This document shows positions 1 through 9,971 of a stretch of 64,000 bases of DNA, one piece after another; within the stretch, counting starts at the first letter, position 1; each line of letters begins with the position of its first letter. The DNA lies in contig OZ024742.1 in assembly GCA_964016885.1 (NCBI GenBank), forward strand, positions 358,608,001 to 358,672,000. Reading direction: 5' to 3'. A program made the position numbers and the translations under genes. The stretch is from Eledone cirrhosa (Eukaryota). The notes below the pieces were generated by a model. That model searched no databases and had not been told where the DNA came from. It saw only the letters and a program-made list of their open reading frames with translations.

Positions 1-2325
1 TGGTGGTGGTAGTTGTAATGGTTTTAGTGGTGGTGGTGGTTATAATAGTTGTAGTGGTGGTAGTAGTTGTAGTTGTGCTGATAGTTGTAATGGTTGTAGT
101 GGTGGTAGTACTTTTAATGGCTGTAGTGGTAGTAGTTGTAATGGTTGTAATGCTGGTGGTAGTTGTGGTGGTAGTTGTAGTGGTGGTGGTAGTTGTAATG
201 GTTGTAGTGGTGGTAGTTGTAATGCTTGTAGTGGTGGTGGTAGTTGTAATGGTTGTAGTGGTGGTAGTTGTAATGCGTGTAGTGGTCGTGGTAGTTGTAA
301 TGGTTGTAGTTGTGGTAGTAGTTATAATAGTTGTAGTGGTGGTGGAAGTTGTAGTGGTTGTTGTGGTGGTGGTAGTAGTTTTAATGGTTTTAGTGGTGGT
401 GGTATTTATCATGGTTGTAGTCGTGGTAGTAGTAATGATGGTGGTAGTTGTAGTGGTGGTGGTAGTAGTTGTAATGGTTGTAGCGGTGGTAGTAGTTGTA
501 ATAGGGGTGGTAGTTGTAATGGTTGTAGTGGTGGTGGTAGTTTTAAAGGTTGTAGTGTTGGTGGTATTTATAGTGGTTGGAGTGGTGGTGGTAGTCGTAA
601 TGGTTGTAGTGGTGGTAGTTGTAATAGGTGTATTTGTGCTGGTAGTTGTGGTGGTGTCCATAGTGGTGGTCATTTTAGCAGTTGTTACTGTGGTGGTTGT
701 ATTGGTAGTGGTTGTAGTGGTGGTTGTATTGGTAGTGGTTGTAGTGGTGGTTGTATTGGTAGTGTTTGTAGTTGTGGCTGTATTGGTAGTGGTTGTAGTG
801 GTGGTTGTATTTGTATTGGTTGTAGTGGTGGTTGTATTGGTAGTTGTTGTAGTGGTGGTTGTATTGGTAGTGGTTGTAGTGGTGGTTGTATTGGTAGTGT
901 TTGTAGTTGTGGCTGTATTGGTAGTGGTTGTAGTGGTGGTTGTATTTGTATTGGTTGTAGTGGTGGTTGTATTGGTAGTTGTTGTAGTGGTGGTTGTATT
1001 GGTAGTGTTTGTAGTTGTAGCTGTATTGGTAGTGGTTGTAGTGGTGGTTGTATTGGTAGTGTTTGTAGTTGTGGCTGTATTGGTAGTGGTTGTAGTGGTG
1101 GTTGTAGTGGTGGTTGTATTGGTATTGGTTGTAGTGGTGGTTGTATTGGTATTGGTTGTAGTGGTGGTTGTATTGGTAGTGTTTGTAGTTGTAGCTGTAT
1201 TGGTAGTGGTTGTATTGGTAGTGGTTGTAGTGGTGGTTGTATTGGTAGTGTTTGTAGTTGTAGCTGTATTGGTAGTGGTTGTATTGGTATTGGTTGTAGT
1301 GGTGGTTGTATTGGTAGTGGTTGTAGTTGTGGCTGTATTGGTAGTGGTTGTAGTGGTGGTTGTAGTGGTGGTTGTATTGGTATTGGTTGTAGTGGTGGTT
1401 GTATTGGTAGTGGTTGTAGTTGTGGCTGTATTGGTAGTGGTTGTAGTGGTGGTTGTAGTGGTGGTTGTATTGGTATTGGTTGTAGTGGTGGTTGTATTGG
1501 TAGTGGTTGTAGTGGTGGTTGTATTGGTAGTGGTTGTAGTTGTGGCTGTATTGGTAGTGGTTGTAGTGGTGGTTGTATTGGTATTGGTTGTAGTGGTGGT
1601 TGTATTGGTAGTGGTTGTAGTTGTGGTTGTATTGGTAGTGGTTGTAGTGGTGGTTGTATTGGTAGTGGTTGTAGTGGTGGTTGTATTGGTAGTTGTTGTA
1701 GTGGTGGTTGTATTGGTAGTGGTTGTAGTGGTGGTTGTATTGGTAGTGGTTGTAGTGGTGGTTGTATTGGTAGTGGTTGTAGTGCTGGTTGTATTGGTAG
1801 TGTTTGTAGTGGTGGTTGTATTGGTAGTGGTTGTAGTGCTGGTTGTATTGGTAGTGGTTGTAGTGGTGGTTGTATTGGTAGTGGTTGTAGTGGTGGTTGT
1901 ATTGGTAGTGGTTGTAGTGGTGGTTGTATTGGTAGTGGTTGTAGTTGTGGTTGTATTGGTAGTGGTTGTAGTGGTGGTTGTATTGGTAGTGGTTGTAGTG
2001 GTGGTTGTATTGGTAGTGGTTGTAGTTGTGGTTGTATTGGTAGTGGTTGTAGTGGTGGTTGTATTGGTAGTGGTTGTAGTGGTGGTTGTATTGGTAGTTG
2101 TTGTAGTGGCGGTTGTATTGGTAGTGGTTGTAGTGGTGGTTGTATTGGTAGTGGTTGTAGTGGTGGTTGTATTGGTAGTGGTTGTAGTGGTGGTTGTATT
2201 GGTAGTGGTTGTAGTGGTGGTTGTATTGGTAGCTGTGATAATGTGTTTATGGTAATAGTAGCTATGATCGTGATGATGGTGTTGTGGTGATGGTAGTGGT
2301 GGTTGTGGTGTTGGTGGTGGTGGTC
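1..2325. repeat. GT-rich triplet-periodic low-complexity repeat; from ~690 to ~2230 a 27-bp minisatellite (GTATTGGTAGTGGTTGTAGTGGTGGTT)
   Basis: Unit read directly; gives 9-aa periodic ORFs (VLVVVVVVV on +, LPIQPPLQP on -). The frame is kept throughout 3-2255. Confidence 0.9.
2..2323 (-). CDS. Possible mucin-like Thr/Asn-rich exon (NTTTTTTTT repeats), open to the window edge
   Basis: Third minus-strand frame (ACN codons) has no stop from 2323 to 2. Weak CAG acceptor candidate just upstream of 2232. No homology or expression evidence. Confidence 0.25.
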
Positions 2326-2561
2326 ACTAGAGAGCAGTATTGGTGTTAGTAGACGTATCATGGTCAAATGTTTATGAAATTTGGTTTGTAATCAGGAAAT
2401 TACGTTTGCTCACATTCCATGACATCTTGGTGAAGTGTCTTAATAACCTCAAGTAGATCCAAGCCCAGTAATTGAAATTAGATGGAAATATTTGGTAGAT
2501 TATTGGTTGGACTGTATCTGTAACTGGAAGAATGAGGTTTATCACCCTCTCAGTAATGCTA

Positions 2562-2671
2562 ATCATCATCGTTTAACGTCCATCGTTTGGTGGATGCTTT
2601 GCTCACACAGAACTGATTTGGGCTTGGTTTCTAAGGCTGGATGCCATTTCTACCGCCGACCATATTTACTG
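2562..2671 (-). mobile_element. 3' terminus of RTE-tailed retroelement (SINE or truncated RTE)
   Basis: Reverse complement matches the ...GGCATCCAGCC...GGACGTTAAACGATGATGAT end seen at 18640-18787, 20740-20894 and 23770-23902. Confidence 0.75.
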
Positions 2672-4800
2672 AGTGTACTGGGTGCTTTGCGTTGTGACAC
2701 CTACATGACCACTTCACAGTGTGTACTTGGTGCTTTGCGTTGTGACACCTACATGACCACTTCACAGTGTGTACTTGGTGCTTTGCGTTGTGACACCTAC
2801 ATGACCACTTCACAGTGTGTACTGGGTGCTTTCCGTTGTGACACCTACATGACCACTTCACAGTGTGTACTGGGTGCTTTCCGTTGTGACACCTACATGA
2901 CCACTTCACAGTGTGTACTGGATGCTTTGCGTTGTGACACCTACATGACCACTTTACAGTGTGTACTGGATGCTTTGCATTGTGACACCTACATGACCAC
3001 TTCACAGTGTGTACTGGGTGCTTTGCATTGTGACACCTACATGACCACTTCACAGTGTGTACTGGATGCTTTGCATTGTGACACCTACATGACCACTTCA
3101 CAGTGTGTACTGGATGCTTTGCATTGTGACACCTACATGACCACTTCACAGTGTGTACTGGATGCTTTGCATTGTGACACCTACATGACCACTTCACAGT
3201 GTGTACTGGATGCTTTGCGTTGTGAAACCTACATGACCACTTCACAGTGTGTACTGGATGCTTTGCGTTGTGACACCTACATGACCACTTCACAGTGTGT
3301 ACTGGATGCTTTGCATTGTGACACCTACATGACCACTTCACAGTGTGTACTGGATGCATTGCGTTGTGAAACCTACATGACCACTTCACAGTGTGTACTG
3401 GATGCTTTGCATTGTGACACCTACATGACCACTTTACAGTGTGTACTGGATGCTTTGCGTTGTGAAACCTACATGACCACTTCACAGTGTGTACTGGATG
3501 CTTTGCGTTGTGACACCTACATGACCACTTCACAGTGTGTACTGGATGCTTTGCATTGTGACACCTACATGACCACTTCACAGTGTGTACTGGATGCTTT
3601 GCGTTGTGAAACCTACATGACCACTTCACAGTGTGTACTGGATGCTTTGCGTTGTGAAACCTACATGACCACTTCACAGTGTGTACTGGATGCTTTGCGT
3701 TGTGACACCTACATGACCACTTCACAGTGTGTACTGGATGCTTTGCGTTGTGACACCTACATGACCACTTCACAGTGTGTACTGGGTGCTTTGCGTTGTG
3801 ACACCTACATGACCACTTCACAGTGTGTACTGGATGCTTTGCGTTGTGACACCTACATGACCACTTCACAGTGTGTACTGGATGCTTTGCGTTGTGACAC
3901 CTACATGACCACTTCACAGTGTGTACTGGGTGCTTTGCGTTGTGACACCTACATGACCACTTCACAGTGTGTACTGGGTGCTTTGCGTTGTGACACCTAC
4001 ATGACCACTTCACAGTGTGTACTGGATGCTTTGCGTTGTGAACATACATGACCACTTTACAGTGTGTACTGGGTGCTTTGCGTTGTGACACCTACATGAC
4101 CACTTCACAGTGTGTACTGGGTGCATTGCGTTGTGACACCTACATGACCACTTTACAGTGTGTACTGGATGCTTTGCGTTGTGACACCTACATGACCACT
4201 TTACAGTGTGTACTGGATGCTTTGCGTTGTGACACCTACATGACCACTTCACAGTGTGTACTGGGTGCTTTGCATTGTGACACCTACATGACCACTTTAC
4301 AGTGTGTACTGGGTGCTTTGCATTGTGACACCTACATGACCACTTTACAGTGTGTACTGGGTGCTTTGCGTTGTGACACCTACATGACCACTTCACAGTG
4401 TGTACTGGGTGCTTTGCATTGTGACACCTACATGACCACTTTACAGTGTGTACTGGGTGCTTTGCGTTGTGACACCTACATGACCACTTCACAGTGTGTA
4501 CTGGGTGCTTTGCATTGTGACACCTACATGACCACTTTACAGTGTGTACTGGGTGCTTTGCATTGTGACACCTACATGACCACTTTACAGTGTGTACTGG
4601 GTGCTTTGCGTTGTGACACCTACATGACCACTTCACAGTGTGTACTGGGTGCTTTGCATTGTGACACCTACATGACCACTTTACAGTGTGTACTGGGTGC
4701 TTTGCGTTGTGACACCTACATGACCACTTCACAGTGTGTACTGGGTGCTTTGCATTGTGACACCTACATGACCACTTTACAGTGTGTACTGGGTGCTTTG
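2672..4800. repeat. 48-bp minisatellite, ~44 copies (GTGTACTGGATGCTTTGCGTTGTGACACCTACATGACCACTTCACAGT)
   Basis: 16-aa periodic ORFs on both strands; one 1-bp deletion near 4040; unit homologous to the RTE 3' UTR sub-repeat. Confidence 0.95.
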
Positions 4801-4861
4801 TATCTCACTGAGAATTGTGAAAGTGGAAACATATCTAGGAAATAGCTTCTTACATGTAGCT

Positions 4862-4928
4862 TTAATAATAATTGTTTCTACTTTAGGCACAAGGCCAGCA
4901 AATACCCAGTGCATTACTGGTACTTTAT
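4862..4928 (-). mobile_element. 3' fragment of tRNA-derived SINE (same family as 24310-24505)
   Basis: Reverse complement of AAAGTACCAGTAATG...GCTGGCCTTGTGCCTAAAGTAGAAACAATTATTA. Confidence 0.75.
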
Positions 4929-6490
4929 TAATAATAATAATAATAATAATAATAATGAAATTGTTGTGTACAGTGCTTAGGTACACTACAACTCATCAAA
5001 GGTGTATTTATAGTACATAGAATAATGTACAAAAGTCAGGAAAGTGAGATGTGTATTAGTCATGAAGTGTGTGCGTGTGTATGGAGGGGGGATATCAGGT
5101 GTAGTGTTGGTGAATTTTAGGAAGCATGGAGGTTTTGAAGGATGCAGTGTCTCGACAGCTAACAACAGATGCAGGTAGTTTGTTCCATGGAGGTTTTAAA
5201 GGATGCAGTGTCTCGATAGCTAACAACTGATGCAGGTAGTTTGTTCCATGGAGGTTTTAAAGGATGCAGTGTCTCGATAGCTAACAACTGATGCAGGTAG
5301 TTTATTCCATGCTTCAGCAACTCTGAGTGTGAAAAAATGTTTCCGAAATTCATGGCAGCTGTACTGTTTTCTGTCTTTGTGGGCATGCCCATGGGGGTTA
5401 GACACATGGAAATCAAAATGGTGCTCAGGGTTGTTGTTGGCAAGATGGTTAATAATTTTGTAGGTGTTTACCAAATCAGTTGCCAGACGTTGAAGTTTCC
5501 ATGTATCCATGTCCATGGAAGCAAAGCATTCAGAGTATGGTAGATGCCTGATAGAGTATGTATTCGACTCTGAACAGTTTCCAGGAGGTCAATGTTCTAA
5601 GTAAGATAGGGGTTCCAGACTTGTGATGCAAATTCTAAGTGTGGCCACACCATAGCTATATACAGCTTTAAATAGATAGCTGAAGAGTGGCTGACTGATG
5701 CCAAGACATTCTCAGGCTTCTTAACTATTTTAGAGATGTGCTTTGTCCAATGCAAATCACTGCTAATAGTAATGCCCAGGTCACATTCACAAGAAGACTT
5801 CTTGATATTAGTGTTGTGGAGGGAGTATGTGGACGCTGGCTTTTTCCTCCCAAAAGGCATGATGGTACACTAGTCCACAGCCAGCTTGAGTTGCCAGTCT
5901 GTGATCCATTCCTGCATTGTGTCCAGCTCTGATTGCAGGAAAGATTTATAGTGTTCAGGATCTGTCCTTTTTATCTCAAGGTCCAGCTTGATGTCATCTG
6001 CATATTTCAACACTGTGGCATTCTTTAAGTTGAAATCTATGTCATTAATGTATGCAACAAACAAAAGGGGACCAAGAACAGATCCCTGTGGTACACCAGA
6101 TGACATCTCAGGAGGTGTAGAATGCTGTCATAGAACCATGACTACTGAGAATGAAGGACTTCAACCAGTTGAAAAGATTATCCTTCACACCCATTGCAGA
6201 GAGTTTTACCATAAGTCTTTTGTGTGGCACAGAATTGAAAGCTTTAGCAAAGTCAAGATAAACAACATCTACCCATGAGCTGCAATTAGTAATCCGGGTG
6301 ATGTGTTCAAAAATCTTGATAAGTTGATCACAACAGCTGGAGTTAGGGATAAATCCGAATTGCAATGGCCGGATAAGGCTGTGAGAATTCCAGAAGTGTT
6401 TCTCTGATACCGGATTCCATCAGTTTGGCAATGCAGCTAGTAAGACTGACGTGTGGTCACTCTTGTTCAACAGAGGAATGACATTGGCAG
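4929..6490 (-). mobile_element. 5'-truncated, decayed CR1/L2-group LINE (RT C-terminal half and 3' UTR) with (TTA)n tail
   Basis: Fragmented ORFs: [73 protein letters not shown]; (AAT)n at 4930-4956. Confidence 0.9.
5125..5310. repeat. 61-bp tandem triplication at the end of the CR1-like ORF
   Basis: CATGGAGGTTTTAAAGGATGCAGTGTCTCGATAGCTAACAACTGATGCAGGTAGTTTGTTC repeated about 3 times. Confidence 0.9.
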
Positions 6491-7202
6491 GGTACGTTTT
6501 CTGTTTATAAAATAACTGGATAACTTCTCATCAAAATCAGCAAAGATTCTCTTATATATTAGTGGTTATGTCAGAATTGGTGGTGGCAGTAGTTGTAGGC
6601 AGTGATGGTTGTTGTGGGAAATCATTGCGGAGATTGTTATAATTGTGGTAGTCATAGTGGTGGTGGTGATGGAAGGGTCCTTAAAAACCACTATCCTATC
6701 TCTCTATTGATTTTTCTGCTAGATTAGGACCTAAAACCAACACCTTTCCCTATGTCATAAAATGGAAATCTAGGCTATAAAAATATACAAATTATTATGT
6801 TTACTTAATGAAGAACCATTTCAAAAATTGATGGAAAATACATAGGTAGATGAAAAGTTATAAAATACTTGTAGAAATAAACCATTATTTTAATAGAGGC
6901 AGACATGATGTCATACACCACTCTTCTGTATAAATATTAAAACTAATTTTTCTATTTAATTTACTTTCATCTTAAAAATAAATACATAATGCCATATATA
7001 AAGCAAGTTGTATTGTATTACAAATGTTCACTCTCACCTGATATCTCTTGAAGATGTCTATTCAAATTCAGTAGTCTTCAGATAATTAAAGAATAGTTTG
7101 TAATATTTCCTATAAAACTAAATTTTCAAAATCTATTGTTGAATCAAAATTTGTTTTGATATACAATCACATGAAAATATAAATGTGGATTACTTCTGAT
7201 GT

Positions 7203-7440
7203 TTTTCTAGTTAATTGCTGTTCTAAAAAAAAAACTGTAAAGAGTGCTGTAAAATTATAGTTTAATGTTTTTAGATTAGTTTTTGTTGCTTTAAATATTA
7301 TAGGTTTGTTTCCTCTTTAAATTGTTTTTCCAATGTGGTTTTGTTTGTAGATTGAGATTTTTAAATATTGTCTTGGTTTTTAATATATTTCATACAATTA
7401 TACTATGTAATTTTGTTGTAAATAAACAGTATGGGTGTAT
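7203..7440 (+). repeat. AT-rich dispersed repeat, copy 1 (inverted relative to 21583-21829)
   Basis: Near-identical reverse complement; ORFs 7322+ and 21699- share [38 protein letters not shown]. Confidence 0.85.
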
Positions 7441-7616
7441 ACATACATACATATATTTATATATAAAAAACGAAGGAATTGTGGTAAGGAACCAGATGGA
7501 CCATAACGCACCAAAGTACTCAATACGTAGGGTAGTAGAGTGGGTAATAGGAACAAGTATGACCCCGACGGCAGAGCTCAAGCCGTTTCGACGGCTATTT
7601 CTTGTTCCTATATATA

Positions 7617-7940
7617 TCATCATCATCATCATCATCAACGTTTAACGTCCGTGTTCCACGCTTGCATGGGTTTGGACGGGGGTTTTCCCACTTGAGGCAA
7701 GAGTGATTGTCTTGCTCGCATAGGACTGTCTGGCAGGTTTTCTGCAGTTGGATGCCCTTCCTAACACCAACCACATTTACAGTGTGGGTCTGGGAGGTTT
7801 TTACCGTGTTGCCTACACGGCCACATTACAGCGTGGACTGTGTGTTTTTTTGTCGTGACACCTACACGATCTCATTTGTTTCGGCCTGGATGGTGTGGCA
7901 CCAACATAACTTTACATAGAAGGGGGCGGTGTGGATGGGA
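7617..7940 (-). mobile_element. Severely 5'-truncated RTE copy (3' UTR and (GAT)n tail only)
   Basis: Near-identical reverse complement of ~18465-18787. Confidence 0.9.
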
Positions 7941-7978
7941 TATATATATATATATATATACATATATGTATATATATA

Positions 7979-8621
<643 letters not shown>

Positions 8622-8648
8622 AACCAGTAAGACCCCATATATATATAT

Positions 8649-8679
<31 letters not shown>

Positions 8680-8680
8680 T

Positions 8681-9357
8681 AGTGAAAAAGAACAAAGGAA
8701 CTATTATGACATTATAACAAGTTTATTGCCGACAGCCGTTTCGTCCGACCCCATGGTGGGACTTATCAAGGCATATAACATGTGATTGCAAGATCATTGT
8801 TTACATCAACGTATCACTCAAGGCTAGCAGTTTGAAATTGTTGTATACATCAGCAACTCCGCTTGTATAGTTGTGGTCTATTTTCTAAGGGGGGCTCTTT
8901 TATATTAGTTGTCGGGGTCAGGGATTGAAGTTTAAAAATTAGACAAAAATATATAATTTACGCATCAACATTAAACTAAAAGACTTGGGGTCCCGTAGAA
9001 GCACCTTAGAAAATCCCTCAATGAGTGCATAAAGCTTACAGGCTTCAATAAACCTATTAGACTAGAAGAAAATTAAGAGGCTAATAAAATAAGAAAATAA
9101 AAATATAAAGTTTCCCTAAAAAATATATAAAGCTCCTATGAAATTTCTTCTAGAGAAAAAAAATGTTTTCCGAAAGAAAAAAACCTCTTCCCCCGAGATC
9201 ACGTTTACAAAATTCAGAAAACTGAATTGAAAACTAGGTTGAAAGAAACTAATCAATTATATATGCATATACGCATAGAGCTTAACTAGCTACCGTCGCA
9301 TATTTGGTAAGTCAGACGTGATCATCACGATTCACATACGACCTACCATACATCTTA

Positions 9358-9358
<1 letters not shown>
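8681..9358 (-). mobile_element. Probable Penelope-like element terminal repeat (non-coding) between (TA)n runs
   Basis: Contains a minimal hammerhead; flanked by TA microsatellites; no ORF recognised. Boundaries approximate. Confidence 0.5.
8727..8773 (-). ncRNA. Minimal type I hammerhead ribozyme, U3-A8 core variant
   Basis: UGCC-UUGAUAA-GUCC[CACCAUGGGGUC]GGAC-GAAA-CGGCUG-UC^-GGCA; stems I and II pair; GUC cleavage triplet. Confidence 0.75.
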
Positions 9359-9359
<1 letters not shown>

Positions 9360-9413
<54 letters not shown>

Positions 9414-9428
9414 TATATATATATATAT
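9360..9428. repeat. (TA)n microsatellite
   Basis: Read directly. Confidence 0.98.
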
Positions 9429-9752
9429 TGTTATACTTGGGGAGGGTCATATTTGTGTAATATTGCCAGAATTAATAACAGAACACACTCACTGTATATA
9501 TATACGATATTAACAAATGGAAACTATATTTATAAAACCATATCTATTTTATTATACATATTTCAAGGATACCATGTTAAATTATGGTATGCTTTCATCA
9601 GACAAAATACAATATATACCAGTTTTATAAATAAATTTTAACATACCATTTCAAAATGCAACCGTTACTTTTGGAAGACATCAGGATATTGGATTTGTTT
9701 ATCTTAGTAAGTCATTGTGTTACGGAGAAGGAAAAAGACGGAGAGAGAAAAA
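9429..9752 (-). mobile_element. Penelope-like element terminal repeat (pLTR) fragment
   Basis: Carries a hammerhead and a 21-nt motif (20/21 identical) shared with the 3' end of the coding Penelope at 11569-11589. Confidence 0.65.
9545..9609 (-). ncRNA. Minimal type I hammerhead ribozyme
   Basis: UAUUUUGU-CUGAUGA-AAG.C.AUACCAU[AAUUUAAC]AUGGUAU.C.CUU-GAAA-UAUGUA-UA^-AUAAAAUA; canonical core, 8-bp stem I. Confidence 0.85.
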
Positions 9753-9887
9753 CCTTCTCCGTAACACAATGACTTACTAAGATAAACAAATCCAATATCC
9801 TGATGTCTTCCAAAAGTAACGGTTGCATTTTGAAAGGGTATGTTAAAATTTATTTATAAAACTGGTATATATTGTATTTTGTCTGAT
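9597..9887. repeat. Long palindrome: 135-bp arms (9597-9731 / 9753-9887), 21-bp spacer, one mismatch
   Basis: Direct reverse-complement comparison. Confidence 0.95.
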
Positions 9888-9891
9888 TTTG

Positions 9892-9970
9892 TCTGTGTCT
9901 AGTACAGGTAATCGATGGTTGTGGTGTCTACTTGGGTAGTCTATAGTAACTCTAATGCTCTGGTGGATGG
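9892..9970 (-). repeat. 79-bp inverted copy of Penelope RT sequence 10143-10221
   Basis: Direct reverse-complement comparison, one mismatch. Confidence 0.92.
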
Positions 9971-9971
9971 T

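Noticed and set aside
3-2367. 750-aa poly-Val ORF (+) and 560-aa PLQ/PIQ ORF (-)
   Set aside because: By-products of a triplet-periodic repeat; poly-Val of this length is implausible and neither has non-repetitive domains.
2492-4845. Cys/His-rich 16-aa repeat ORFs on both strands resembling zinc fingers or metallothionein
   Set aside because: The unit is a 48-bp retroelement 3' UTR sub-repeat; openness follows from a length divisible by 3, and a 1-bp deletion near 4040 breaks the frame.
7038-7109. 72-bp minus-strand segment with good-looking splice sites (TTTTATAG / CAG-GTGAGA)
   Set aside because: Stops in all three frames; cannot be supported as a coding exon without RNA data, though a UTR or pseudo-exon is not excluded.
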